A DNA stretch of 63,994 bases, counting the filler, from Basidiobolus ranarum (lineage: Eukaryota), in NCBI GenBank assembly GCA_040143965.1. It is 6 parts of 6 records of this genome, joined end to end, with 100 filler letters (N's around TTAATTAATTAA, not from the genome) between each part and the next. Parts side by side here need not be neighbours in the genome. Positions count along the whole stretch, not along the records: positions 32,480 to 43,190 come from JASJQH010007549.1; positions 43,291 to 53,994 come from JASJQH010007550.1; 4 more parts are not named here. The stretch is one strand, 5' to 3'. Positions within the stretch are counted from its first letter, which is position 1. The number at the start of each line of letters is the position of its first letter. A program made the position numbers and the translations under genes. Of this stretch, positions 38,142-52,204 are shown in pieces. Below the pieces are notes generated by a model. That model was not told where the DNA came from, searched no databases, and saw only the letters and a program-made list of their open reading frames with translations.

Positions 38142-41100
38142 ATGAGTACTGTTGGGAAGGAACCTACAGTAGTGCCAACTTCGTCTTGGCATAGTAAACC
38201 CGACTACAATCAGTTATTACCATACTCGATTTCCGATCGGGAGGATCCAACATCTGAGCCATCAGCATTATTAGCAGAAATTGAGACTGGACTCGCTTCT
38301 TGCGTTCTTTCAGGTGATATCACCCTTGGTGCTAATTCTTGGACCAAACGTCTACATGCGTATGTATAGTTTCTACTTTACCATTTGAACAGTCTAGTGA
38401 TGATCTTGGCTCTATCTTGACTAGTTAAAATAGATTTACAATAATTCTCTAAATTTTCTTTTAATACTAAACCAGATACTTAAATTTGAAATACCCTCTT
38501 CCTCTCGAGTCTCGTCTAAAGCTAGCAGACTTGTACTTTCAGCTTCTGGTTGCCCCCAGAGTGTATGATTCTTCTATGACTCAGTATTGGGCAGTCTATC
38601 TATTGAAGTTGGTCAAGTATGTAGATTTTTGATAATGGTTTATTAGCTAGCACAATCTAATTTTTTTTCGTTAATAGAAAACAACACCCAGATTTGCCCG
38701 ATAATGCGTGGTCCATCCCTTGGAGGCCACTTCATAGTACGATCGAGAGTATTATCCAGCAAAAACAGCGCGAGAAAGCACATGAAAATGATCGGTATGT
38801 TGATGTAATAAGCAGATACACGAGAGATAGCACCATTTCTAACACTTTGATATTAATGTGTAGACGAAATGTCACTACTGTGATGCGTACAGTTGAGTTC
38901 ACTAAGCGCTTTTTTCAACCTGGCTCCACTCAGGAGATTCTTGAAGAATTTTTACCATCACTTTACCCCTTCTCTCATAAAGTAATACCTGGAGCTTTAC
39001 CTAGCATACTCTCTTCACCAAGTGCTACTTTGTCAATACTCTCAGAGACTCTCTCTACATTCACACCCACTATGTTGCTTAGAGCTCAGGCTTACTTAGT
39101 ACTATTTTTGCCTACAAATGTCTCCGATGTTTCCTTATGGTTTGATACCTTTTTATCTGTCTGGGGATGGCAACGAAACTCTTCACTTTGGGACACGCTG
39201 TGGTTAGACCTATACTCTAGAGTAGCCAGAGATCGTATAGGGCACATAACATGGGAACCGCGAGTAGTACGACACATGTTCACTGTAACTTTAAAAACCC
39301 TCGAGGTGCCAGTTGGACGCGGAACTGGCATAGCCGGAAGGTTAAAGATTGGCTCCAAAGATAAGCTGCTATCTTTCATGAAAGATAAGGTAGGTCCTAT
39401 TGATGAGTTTGTTTCACTTTGGATTGATTTGACTTACGATGATATACTCTATTGTAGGATGTAAGAGCCTCCTGTGCCCGATTAATTGTTTACATGATGT
39501 CTCCACATGAAGATAATCATGTTCTCTTTGAGCTCAAGAAGCTGATACAAGCGGTGGAAACATTCTTCCATCCATCTAATCACACTCACAGACTCTCATC
39601 GGTTTTAGCAGGATTCTTGAGAAACTTGACTACATATTTCTTGAAAAGACTTTCTGAAGGTAAATCATCCACAATCTAGTCAAGCGACTCGGCTAACGCT
39701 AGAATTTGCATTATGAAACCTAGAATCTGAACCTGATTGCAAAACTCCTGAAGAATTCAGAATTACTGAAGAAATGAAGAACGAGTTTGTAACTACTCTT
39801 AAGCATGTTGCATTCTTGTCGATGTTCGGAAAAGACGACATGGTTGTTAACAATTCCATTACCGCTTTAAGATGTTTGGGATGTAATATATCGCAGTTTA
39901 TACCCTTTTTTCTACCGTCGATATGATACTGACATTTGGATTTTTTAAGACGTGAAACCCGAGCTTATTGTGCCACCGTTGATGGAAAAAGTTTCATATT
40001 CATTGGAATCATTAACTGAAGTAAACTCTATGTTACTCCGAGAACTAGCCTCATTCTATATTGTACTAACTTCTCTACCTCACATTACAGACTCATCGAA
40101 CGAATTCGTCCATTATCGCACTTTCTTCGTTGGCACGGATCATCCTGACTCGGAAGATGTACCCAATGGGAGCCACACATATTCTGGACCTCTTCAATAT
40201 GGTACTTCCAGGGATTGATGCGAATGACAGTATCAAAACAATCACGACATTCAAATTCATCAGCAGTTGTTTGTTCTGCCTTCCACTAATGGAGGCTGAC
40301 AACCCTAACTCCACTCTCACCGTCCCCTCGTGGTCTGATGAGCTGATAGAGGAGACAGTGTTCTCAGTGACTAAAGGATTTGAGGAATTCGCCATCAACT
40401 TCATTGAGAGAATCTTCGCATTGGTATGTCTGTTTGTATACAATTCAGCAGTGTTGTAACTTGAAACTTATCCCACTATAAATTAGCTCGAGAACATGCC
40501 GGAACGAGAGGCTGGGATGACACATATGATGCTCTATTGTGCGGATCTATTTTTCCAATCACTCTCACCCGAGATATTCGAGCTCGTCCTTGCAAAAACC
40601 ATCGCATTCATCTCGAACAATGTCATTGCCAGTGCCATCAAAACCATTGGTAGGTTGGCCATTAGATTTTGTTTATTAAGTCACACTCTCAAATACATTC
40701 CATTTTTTAGGAATTTTTTGTTGCACTCTGACTACAAGCAATCGTAAGTCGGCTTTGGCAAAGTTCATTCCTCTTTGTTGCTCGTCGATCTTGGAAGAGA
40801 TTGAGAATGGCGCTGGCTCCGATGTAAATGCCACATCTCAATCGGATTTGAAGCTCACGTGGTTCCAATCGATATTCGCAGGGGTTTTGAGATACTCTGG
40901 ATCGGAAGTAATGAAATATCAAAAGCAAGTACTAGAAACCATCGCCACCATGACCCAACTTAAATCCAAGCGTGGTTACAAGTATGCTGGAAAAGCATTA
41001 AGAAACCTGATAAGAAGTCTCACTTGGACCTACACTCTTGACGAAAGAAATTTCTCAGTTAGTACTATGAACGATCCTAACTTTAGGAAAACCCATTTTC

Positions 41101-43190
41101 AGCAGTGGGGTACGATCGAGGATTCTCATGGACTCTCTTTGGAATGGCATGTGCCAAGTGATGAGGAGATCAACTTTGCCCTTCACATGGTTGAAATCTT
41201 TTTGAAGCCGATGATGCTGGATCTTACGCAAATCGCCGATGGAAGCAATGCCTCGGCTGTTGATAAGAACGACTTTATTCGCAAACTTACACTATGTCGC
41301 TATGTTGTCAAAGGAATATCTACCTTGACCATAGATGTTCCATCGAACACTTGTGAGGCTGATCAGGAGATTCATGAGGACGACAATTGTACAAAGGGAG
41401 CCCATCCTAAACGTAGATTCATTAACGCTGGATATTGTCTTACGGATAGCAACGACGCCAGGTGCCAAGATATTCGTAAAACTAGACTAGAACTTGGGGT
41501 TCTACTTCATAAACTCGTCCACTACCTCAAAAATGAAAGAGAAGACGACACAAAATCCATCAAGATTGTTCTCAAGATCATCAATGTGTTCTTGACCAAC
41601 AGAGGCGAAACGAAAGAAAAATACGAGTCTCGCCGAGCTGTTGTAAAACTTCTCAAAATGGCCTCTCAAGATTACTCCACTCATACTAAACGCAGTCAAA
41701 GATATCCTAGATATGTGCTGGCTCGTAGATTGCATATGCTTCATACGGAGCGGTTATTTTTGAATGCTACCATTGCTCCAAAACTGGGTATTCATCAAGA
41801 ATTAATGGAAGATCTCTTGGACATGTCAATGAGCCATTACACAGCCATTCGAAAATTGGCTCAATCGATTTTAGATACGGCCATCTCTTGCTTCCAGTCA
41901 TCCAAGTATAGTTTATTGGAGAGGATTTTCAAACAGATAGAATCAAATAAGCTTAGCCCTGATGGACTTAAAGGGGCGCTATATCTTTTACGCATGCGTC
42001 CGTTCCAAAGCGCATACCTTCGTGATTGGAACACCATGGCCAGCTTTATGAAAGTTATATTTAATGGTCGTCATGAAAATAAGGAATCAATTCAGAAGTT
42101 GATTGAAGTCGTTTATTTGGAGTTTACCTATCGCTATGTGTCGCCTACATTAACCTTCAACATCACGGAAGAGATCGTCGAAGCTGCTGGAAAAATACTA
42201 AATCGTCAAGATCTAGAAATCCTTTCAAAGAACGCCTCCGAACAGATCAGTGAACGAAATTCTACAAATGTTCAAATCTATAAAGATTTGATCAATGATC
42301 TTCTGGCTATTGTTCATGCAAACAATCTCCATTGGAGATTTGCAAGAATGGCCATTTTGTTTCTTGGTTTGCTTCTAACTAGGAAAGATCAACCTGTAAA
42401 TTGGGAGGTGGTACAGTATCTGGCCAAGACAGCGGTCTCTGAGCTGATTGTTCTCCGATCTGTAGCGCTCAAGGCCTTGAATAACAATATTTACGTGCAC
42501 AAACAGCAAGCTCTGAGTGCACAAACGCTAGCATATAAAACTCAGATCAGCCCTTCACTCACTCTTGAAGATTACTTGCGACAATTGAACACCCCTATCC
42601 AATCGGAAGAGGAATATACCAGTGCCCACTTTCAGGATCAAGAGTATCTGGGTTGGTATCAGTTCACCAAACAATATAAAGTCTACACTCCGAACAACGG
42701 ACAGATAGCAGCTATTTTACGTGAACCTTTAGAGAGTCACGCCCCTCTATTTCTGTCAGAAGAATTCTGGGATAAATGTATGGTCTACATGTCCCAGGAA
42801 CAAGGGGATAGCGATATTACTGTCTCAGTACATAATCTGTTGTTCTTTAAAGGACTTTTTGAGATTTATGATACTCAATTGTTGTCGATCTTGAAGAATT
42901 TCATCGAATCAAATGTCAACAATTACACGTACAAGAATGTTCAAAAGACGGTAGCGGAAATCATTGCTGGTATGCTCCGTGGAAGCAAGCATTGGGAATA
43001 TACCAAATGGAAATCTATGCTTGACTTTATTGCTCCGTTATTGACCGAAAAAATCTTTCCCAATTTAACTCTTGAAGTCATTCCATTGTGGACTGCTGCT
43101 TTACAGTGGGCCATGACAAACAGAGACCCACGTCGCTTCTCTACTATTATTGAGCGTCTGATGGAATATCCATTGAATTTGGAAACATCG
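38142..43190 (+). CDS. BLM10: Proteasome activator Blm10/PA200 (PSME4), 3'-truncated
   Basis: Multi-exon helical-repeat protein. YNQLLPY, YLNLKY, IPWRPL, ETFFHPSN, SLESLTETHRT, LPGIDANDSIKT, LEWHVPSDEEI, AEIIAGMLRGSKHW, RDPRR. Confidence 0.92.
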
Positions 43191-43290
43191 NNNNNNNNNN
43201 NNNNNNNNNNNNNNNNNNNNNNNNNNNNNNNNNNTTAATTAATTAANNNNNNNNNNNNNNNNNNNNNNNNNNNNNNNNNNNNNNNNNNNN
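43191..43290. other. Artificial contig spacer
   Basis: N44-TTAATTAATTAA-N44. Confidence 0.98.
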
Positions 43291-43428
43291 GAGAACTTCT
43301 AAGTTGGTAAAAATATTCTAAGTAAATTCCGATTGAGAATAATTGATAATATCTTAGTGAATTATAAGATAACTAAGTACTAAGCTATATATGACTATAT
43401 AAGTGCTTAGGCAATGCCAATTTCAACA
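43291..43428 (-). mobile_element. LTR-family copy cut by contig edge
   Basis: Reverse complement begins TGTTGAAATTGGCATTGCCTAAG and matches the 5' part of 2076-2423. Confidence 0.85.
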
Positions 43429-43892
43429 GCTAAATGCAGATTTTGAGAATAGGTGTCAATGTTGGACTGGTTTTAAATAGCTCTAGCTTCTTGTACAGAG
43501 CAGATGGGATATGATGAACAGTTTTGAGAAAATCTTGAGCAATGATAACAGTGATCAATTGTTATGGTGAGTAAATATGAAATGCTTTTGCATCTGAACA
43601 TATCTTTTGCACTCAATACTATTCGAGGTGAGCTAGCCAGTAACTGCCTGAATTGGTAAATTCAAGTAACAGTGGGCTTGCTTTGATGCTGCACATACTT
43701 ATTTAGGTTTATTTTATGATGATGGTTACACTTGGCTTATACAGTCAACTATCTCATATACCACATTTAAGCTGACTAAAACTTGTCAGTCAAATTTCCC
43801 TTTGGCACACAAATTTGGTGTCAGTATGCAGTATCCAAATACTAGCATAGTTGAGTTTGATATTTGAGCATCAATTGAATTAAATATAGGAC

Positions 43893-44227
43893 TGTTGAAG
43901 TATTTTGGGAGTAGTTGGAAGTGATTTGGAGAACTAGAAGAATTGGTGGTTTTCACTGCTGATTTATTGAGTGCAAGTTGACATTTAAGCTTTTGTAACG
44001 AAGTAGATAAACTAATGTGTAAATTAAGCTTAGAAAGGCCCTAGAATTATGTATACAAAGTTTGGGGTCTCTTGGACAAGTTTGAAAAATCATACAATCT
44101 GAGAACTTCCAAATCAGTAAAAATATTTGAACTAAATTCCAAGTGAAGTTATTGAATAATAACATGGTGAAGTCTAGGTAGCTAGCTATATAACTATATA
44201 GGTGCTTAAGCTATGTCATTCTCAACA
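43893..44227 (-). mobile_element. Diverged full-length LTR-family copy
   Basis: Termini tgttgaag...ctcaaca. Homologous to the reverse complement of 2076-2423. Flanks aggac/ggcac are only an imperfect TSD. Confidence 0.75.
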
Positions 44228-44776
44228 GGCACATTATACACATGCAGACGTGTCAAAGACAATCCCTATCTTTATTCTTAAACATATCTAAAAAAGCATA
44301 TTTCTATCTATGGTGGCATCAAGCAGTGAATGAATGGGATGAAAAGTATAGGACATAGATTGAAATTATCTGAGTGTATCTGAAAAAGGGATATACTTTT
44401 ATACCATGGAAGTGCTTACTGAACTTGGGTCCAAATTTCAGATATAGCGAGAATTTACCAAAAAGTGCACAGGGTCAATGATTTCATGTCCTATACTTGC
44501 AGTTGATTGGCATATGGCCAAGATAAACAAGGAGATTTCTTTCACGTCTTTTGAGACATTACCTAATCAGTGCTAGTTATGTAAGGTAGAGTGAAATGAA
44601 TGCACTACGCTATTAATGGTTGGATTTATTTGGCTGTTTGGAAGTGCAAAATTAGGATAAGAATAGAAGAGAGTAATCTGATGGAGTGATATAACAATCA
44701 ATTGCAAGCGATGGCTTCTATTACGGCACAAGGATGAAAAGTTGTATAGGCAGGGGTTGAATGATCTGGCCTTGTT

Positions 44777-47294
44777 TTATTCCTTCCGAGTAGTTTTGGA
44801 AATCTGCCGCTTATGATGATCCAAGAGTTGCTGTTGTGCCAGATTCGTGCTCGCCAGATAAGCTTCCCAGAGCGAGACAATCTGATTTACTGAATTTAAT
44901 CACTTCTGTAAAAATAGAAGCCAAAACTTAACTTACTTCCATTTGGGTGGAGATGGTCGATCTCAAGTACTTTTCTAAGGATATCTTGAAATCATTTGCT
45001 TTCTCTTCATCGAAACGAATCAATTCTTGCTTTAGAACACTTCCAACATTATCGAATTCCGCCTTGTCCTGGTCAACTCTGCTTCTTGCCTAGAAGTTAA
45101 TCGAATTAGGTTCGCAAACTCATTCCCCTATCAATTCATTTTGATTTTCAATACCTCCATAGTTTCCTGTGCTAATTGGGATATACGTTCTTGGTTGGGT
45201 TGGGATTGACTTCGCAGTTTTTCTAATTGGGATCTTTTCTTGTTGAAATCTGCGACGCTATTTTGCCAATTCTGGTTTGATTTGATTCTAGCATTGAAAG
45301 CAAGCTTCAACACGTAGAGATAAGAAGATTTCGAATGTTAATCTTACATGTCCTATCTTCCACAAGCACACACACTTACTCTAATCGAGCCAATTGTTCG
45401 AAGATACTCGTCTAGAGTGCTCTCTAATTCAAGGTCATTATGTGTCGCCTAAATCCAACAGGTCAATAACATAACCATGGGACTTTCAAACGACAATCAC
45501 GTGCACAAACCTGCTGATCTTTCAACTCCTTGATCTTCTTCTGTACTTGAGATAAAGCCATAAGGTTGTTGGTAAGCGGTTGGTTTGGCTCGGCAATGGC
45601 CAACATGTCAATACTCTGGCCAAATTCGAGATGGGTTCCGCCGAGTTCTGAAAAGATTGAATTAAATCAATGGTTATAGTAAGTCATCATGACGCATGAT
45701 TTTGAAGATAAGTTTTCAACGGATTGTAACCTTTCCTGTGCTTAATAAGATTGTCAAATATCTTTATCAACGGTTTAAGCTGCGCCTCCAATGTGTCGAC
45801 CTGTCCTCGTTTATTTTCTAACCACTGAAGAGTAAAAGAATATCGAGCTCAATATCTGTAAGCTTTCCTCACAGCACTGATACATTAACCAAGTACCTCA
45901 TCTGTTTCCACAAATTTTGAGAAATTCGTCGCACTAGACACCACATCGCCAAATACTTTCATTAACCCTTTGGGGCTGGCGTTCTTACGCTCCTTGATCT
46001 ACAAGAGAGTTGGGTTAGAACAAACATTCCATAGCAATGCTCATTAAGGATCTTACTTCGATACTAAAGTTGTCAGATTCTAAGAAGAATTTGAAATCTG
46101 AGTCATTGTTTAGTTTGGGGTGAGCTGCGATTTTACGCAAACATTTCTCGAGTGCTACTCGACGCGCTTCGATGAAATCGTCCTGGAATCTACCTAAGAG
46201 GCCATGGAACACGCTATTATTTAACGAATGTATGATAATTGTAACTGGATTATGTGATTTACCTAGAGCATGCTTCTCTGGGACAGGGGGGATTATCACG
46301 CCAGGATGGCTACTCACTAACTGATCATAAAGCCATAGGAAATCCCGATATCTACGAGTCACCGACAACTCGGGACGTTTGAAGGATGGAAAGGTAGACT
46401 GGTTCAGTCAGTTTTGAGTGTATTTTGATTAGTAGTGAGAAGAAATGAAACTACCTTAGTTTTGACTTTATAAACAATATATGGGTTAATCGGATCTCCG
46501 ACCTTTTGTGGTTCGCCAACGGATACTTCGAGGTTAGGCTGCATACCATCTTTATCCGTATTATTGTTAAATGTGTTCTAAAAAGGCTTTCAGAAATGAT
46601 TTTCTCACTTAGGCTAGTATCACAGTAGACTTACTTCTCTTTGACTATTTTGTATCTCGTCTTCTGGTAAATATACATCAGCTAAAGTCACTTCTACGTT
46701 ATCCACAGGTATAAAGGACTTGACTGATGCCTCTTTCACTTTTTCGGTAGGTTTGGATACCATCTTGGGTGAGGTTACTTCCCCATCTAATATATTATAA
46801 GTAGGCTCACGAACGCTAGCTTTAAAATGTGTAACTGGGGATGAACTATAGTCCTTAAACGAAGAAAATGGCGAACTAGAATATATTTCATCACCAGGTT
46901 CTGAAGTAGGAAAGTCTTTCTGGGAGGGTGAATCATAGTTCTTGGTGGGAATAGAACTAACTGGTAGCGTTTGCTCTTCTTCTTGAGTGAATGTAAATGG
47001 AGAGGAAGCATTCTTTCTTTCAAGCTCCTCAAAAGTGCTCGAAGTAAATCCATTTGAGTTGGTAATAAGTTCGTTCTCTATAAAGTTTAGGTTTGAAAAT
47101 GAAGTCTGGAAGTACTCTTCCTGATGAGGATCAACGTATCCGGCAGGCTGAAAAGAGTCACTAGGTCGTCTAGTGGAGGAGGCCAAAGGTGAGTATACAT
47201 CAGCGAAAGGGTTCACTTCTTCATATTTGATAGAAAGGCCGTCTTTGGAGGAAAGCAAATCAGAAAAATCGTCGTAAAACTGATGGCTGTTCAT
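44777..47294 (-). CDS. VPS5: Sorting nexin Vps5/SNX1-2 (PX + BAR)
   Basis: VSVGEPQKVGD, YIVYKV, RRYRDFLWLY, HPGVIIPPVPEK, GRFQDDFIEARR, LDEYLRTIGSI, ELIRFDEEK. Many short introns. Confidence 0.92.
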
Positions 47295-47974
47295 CTCTGA
47301 ATTTTCCCAACAAAGTATGATGTGGAAAGGAAATATTCGTCTTAAACTGTATCGAAAATAAGGGTTATATATTTTTGTCTTGGTTTTACTAGAGGGAGAA
47401 TATACGCTTGCGAAACCTTCCTATTTAAGCTTTGGAGTTGATAAGTAGTGTTAAAGTCGTGTTTAAACCTCTTTCTAGCATTTAACTTCGAATCGGTTGT
47501 CAAGACGTCTCCAAGTTTCCAAATTGGGATGTCCTTAACTGCATTTAAATTCCAATTTGATTTATTTCCTCTTCAGTATGCCAAGGATTCTGTATTACAT
47601 GGCAATCTTGCTACTCATCCCCACGAACATAGCTATTTTAATAAAAGTCATCAAGTTTATACTAAATTATTCGAATCCCACAACTCTGTATTTATTGAAA
47701 GAGTTGCTCAACTTTTGCTCAGTATACGGTTGATACTTATGTTAATTGAATTCTGGCTCATTCAAGCTGCTCGTTATGTAGTGATGTGAAAAGATTGGAC
47801 ACCAGAGTAGAGTGATAAATAACTGACCCTAACTCTCAGTCAGTACTATCTCCAACTTCACCCTGGGCCACGAAAATCTCATGTATGCACGCCACCCTAA
47901 AAATGGATTCGATAAAATTCTTAGACTGTCAATGTCCGAAATATAAAGCGATCAATAGCAACAATATTCTTAGC

Positions 47975-50237
47975 ATGAATCCTGCTTCATGGTATGAAAA
48001 AGTCAAGAGCGCCTTCTCCGACTACCGGTTTCTACATTTCCCTGTTACTCCTTTCACCCTATTACTGCTATTTTTAATATCTCTTACGAGTGGATATTTG
48101 TTGAAGGTTTTTTTCAAGACCACTATTCATGAAACTGTCATCAGACCTGTTGTCGAAGCGATGAGTTTAGTCAAACAGCAAAAGCATTATCTAACATCTT
48201 ACGATTATATTTCACGTGGATTGGACCTGGAAGGAAAATCGGAAATCTCAGCCGCCGTAGAGTGCTATCTTCAGGGTATGCACGAGTTGAACAGCGGTTT
48301 ACGTTTAGTATTTACTGAAGAAGAGTGGTACGTGTGCACGATTAACCTTTGAATCGTACCAAACGAGGAGTACTGCATACATGTTTTGAAATGGCAGTTG
48401 TCGCTTTTACTTCATATCATTTTATTGAAGCAGCCGTTTTTTCTTCTTTTCTTCCATAGGCGAGAGGCAGAAGTGTTCGAAGTAAAAATGAGAAAGATGT
48501 TACGTGTGGTACAAGATAGAATACGTGAACTCACGGGAAAAAGTAAGTTTACTGACTTCAATTTGTTTATATAAACTTTTGATTCTCATGTGACAAAGGG
48601 TGTACTTATAAGAACCAAGATTCTTCTAGTTACGGCGCCAGTAATGCCGGGACGTCAAAAAATACTGAAACTAATAGTCAAGCATCTGGACATACCATCA
48701 TAAAAAAACCAATCGCTACAATCCCCAAGACGACAAGTACTACTATTCCAAGTAAACGTGGTTTGCCTGAGACTTTACGCAAGATGGATTCAAAGCTGGT
48801 ACATATGATTCTTAATGAGGTGGTGGTTGAAAATCCTGGAGTCGATTGGGAGGATATAGGTTATTATTTCCAGCATGATCATAGTATCCAGTAGATCAAA
48901 TACTTACTATTACTTCAGCTGGATTGAACTATGCCAAACAAGCACTAAAGGAAATTGTGATATTGCCTGCACTACGGCCAGATCTATTCACCGGACTTCG
49001 GGCGCCTGCACGAGGTATCTTCATTTTTTTGCTTCGTTTGCTCGTTGTATAGTACTCATATTTTTCAACGTGAAGGGCTACTCTTATTTGGTCCACCAGG
49101 GACGGGAAAGACCATGTTAGCAAAAGCAGTAGCCAACGCTGGCAAACTGAGATTCTTTAGTATAAGTGCAGCCACACTGACCTCGAAATACGTTAGTAAA
49201 AAAAAGCAGGTAGTTTTCCTCGAAACCGAATATTAACCATCCTTTAATGCAGCTTGGTGAATCGGAGAAGCTTGTACGGGCATTGTTTGCCGTCGCACAA
49301 GAGCTTGCACCCTCCGTAATATTTATAGGTAAGCGTAGTGACGCCAAGTATGGACTATCAGTTTATTTTTATTAACATAATTGAACCAGATGAAATTGAT
49401 TCGATTCTCAAAGAACGGTCGGAATCTGAGCACGAAGCATCCCGTAGACTGAAGACAGAATTCATGTTACAGTTCGATGGGATATCTAACAATTCCAATA
49501 AGAAAATCCTTGTTATGGGCAAGAAAGAAATCATCTCCATCATTTTGCCTAAACAGTATAATTTATATTATTTATTTTAGGAGCCACTAACCGCCCTCAA
49601 GAATTGGTATAAACCATGTTTCCTAATGGACCATCATATTAGAAGCCTCACCTGATTAATAGTTACACTTTTGTAGGATGAAGCAGTTAGAAGGCGTTTT
49701 GTAAATCCCCGGCCATTTTCCTTTACTGTCATACTTTTTCTGACCGACACATATTCCTTAGGTAAAACGAATCTACATCCCATTACCAGACCCTGAGGTG
49801 CGTCGACAGCTGCTTAAGCATCTTCTGCAAGATCAAAAAATCTCGCTAACATCCAAGGAAATGCAAAAGCTGGTAGATTTAACTGAAGGTACAGCATTAG
49901 CAAGTACAAGCCATTTGTCAGATTTATTTTAATTATCTCTATACTCCCATTAAGGCTATTCTGGAAGCGACCTGACAGCTTTAGGTATACGAACAAAGCC
50001 ATCTAACCCGTTTTCTTACCTATCTCACTAACCCATTACCGTGTAGCCAAAGATGCAGCTTTGGGGCCGATTCGCAATCTGGGAGATCAAATCATGAATA
50101 CACCGACCGACAAGATTCGCCCTATTGAGATGAAGGATTTCATTAGCTCCTTGAACTTCATTAGGCCCTCGGTGAATCAGGCTACCCTAGGAATCTACGA
50201 AAGGTGGAATGCAGAGTATGGTACATTGGGAAAGTAA
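47975..50237 (+). CDS. SPAST: Spastin-like microtubule-severing AAA ATPase with N-terminal hydrophobic segment and MIT domain
   Basis: [95 protein letters not shown]-like [11 protein letters not shown]...AVECYLQG. Confidence 0.88.
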
Positions 50238-50822
50238 ATGGTTCATGAGTATTACCCATGCATGTATAATACTAGCCACAACTTAGATTCTCCAACGTCA
50301 TCAAGTTTTACAGTACAGTGATTACTTGATAATAAACCAAGGTTTACCATATAATGATGGTCTTGTACTTTTCTTAACAATCGGCTAAATCTGGATTATT
50401 GTGTTCAAACATGAGTTGATCAACAAGCTAAGTGAACCCCATCACTATATGCTTCCAAATCTCACATGTCAAGGAGAGGATAGCATCGAATGAACCTAGC
50501 AATCTTACAGTAAATACTGCAAGCTTCCTTGATCAATTTTCTGGTAGTTTGTTGGCTGAAAGGAATCTGTCAGATAGAAGGTATTAACAGTAGCTCCATC
50601 ACATTGATTCATCATACCAATCAACACAAGGCAATAGGGAGTAGTAGCGTCGATCCTTAATCACCCTGTATTGATTTGTGAATGATGTTGCGTTAGATTA
50701 ATGAAAGTTCACGGCCAACAGCTCCACTCTCAAGGTATTTATAGACGCATTCAAGATGGTCAATGCTTATCTCACTATCTTCTCTTACCATCAACTCTCC
50801 ATTTGACTTTCAATCTTTCTCA

Positions 50823-51361
50823 ATGATGAAATTCGTATGCATTCTCTTGATCAGTGCTCTCCTTGTCCAAGCACAGAAAGGTATGTCTAAATATACGTGT
50901 TTATAGGTAACCATTTGGATTGTTTAAAAACACTCTTTATAGCTCCTACTACTACTGCTCCAATGGTTCCTGCAGTCCGTACCAATTCAGCGGTAGTACA
51001 GCTCCCACAACAACGTAAAGTCACCGCCGTTGCACGTGCAACTCGTGCCGATCAAACCGTTTTCGTCACTCTAACCACAAGTGACCCCCTCCCTGAGCCT
51101 ACCGAAGCTCCAGTAACCAGAGTAAGATCTAAACCCAGACGAACCACTGAAAAGGATGAACCTGAAACCAAATCCGAAAAAAGTTCCAGTACTACCAGCA
51201 CTACTACCAGTACCAGCACAAGTTCTAGCACCAGTACAACCAGTAACACCCAATTTTCAGTTTCAACACCAACAGCCACTCAGTCAAGTGGTGATATTAG
51301 TCATGTTGAAAACCCATCACTTCTTTTGGCCGGGATCTTACTTGGGTACCTCTTTTATTGA
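50823..51361 (+). CDS. Small secreted Ser/Thr-rich, probably GPI-anchored surface protein
   Basis: Signal peptide exon 50823-50881, intron to 50942, S/T tract, hydrophobic C-terminus LLLAGILLGYLFY. Confidence 0.75.
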
Positions 51362-52204
51362 ACAGACTAAATTCCTCACCTTGACTCGCCCAAATATCCG
51401 GAGAATTTTATGGAATGCAGAATGATTCGATTGGTGTTTGAATAGGAGTTTGAGGGAAAAGATGTCTATGCTTGTTTACATTTACGCTTATGTCTACCAT
51501 TTTATTTTCATATTGACTTTTATCAATTTTATTTCCAATCGATCAACATCATTGAATTTACCATATCAAGCAATTATCCAATTATATATGTATACATATC
51601 ATCACTATACTATCGGTTGGATATTTCGAATAATAAAATCAACAATTCCCTTGTTTTAACGAAGGGATGAAATATACTCTGAAATTGTTTCATTTAATTT
51701 CCCGATCTTTTCCACTCAGTTTAGCTTGCTTTAGGGTTGTTTCTTAACTCTACCTGACACATGTGGCATAAAAACTGGTTCATGCGTCAAATGATGGGAT
51801 ATTGAGGTGAAAGATTCACATGTAAGATGATGTAGGATTTCATGGCAATAGGAGATCATTGGTTTCATTAATTATTATTTACATTCACTGGATGAAAGAA
51901 AGATCAACCAAATATATAGAGATGTATACATGGCATGTTAATGAAAGGGGAAGGGGAAAGGGGAATGGAAAAGTAGAAGATTGATTCTTTCTTAACTCTT
52001 TACTACGCGAGAGTTGCAATCTTGTAAAATATGGAAAGAAAAGAGAGGGAGAGGAGCGAAGTTCGTGTTAGATATACAACAGATTGGCGGGATATTACGC
52101 TGAGGTTTTTCAATTGAAAGTATACGAATAAAGAAGGGATTTACTTATGAGAGGATGTGCAACCTCAAATATAGCAATACGTTGAAAATTTGGTGAATCC
52201 CTTT

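Noticed and set aside
43291-44227. Two same-orientation LTRs 465 bp apart as a TRIM or mini-retrotransposon
   Set aside because: The copies are quite divergent from each other, and no primer-binding site or polypurine tract is visible. Independent insertions are more likely.
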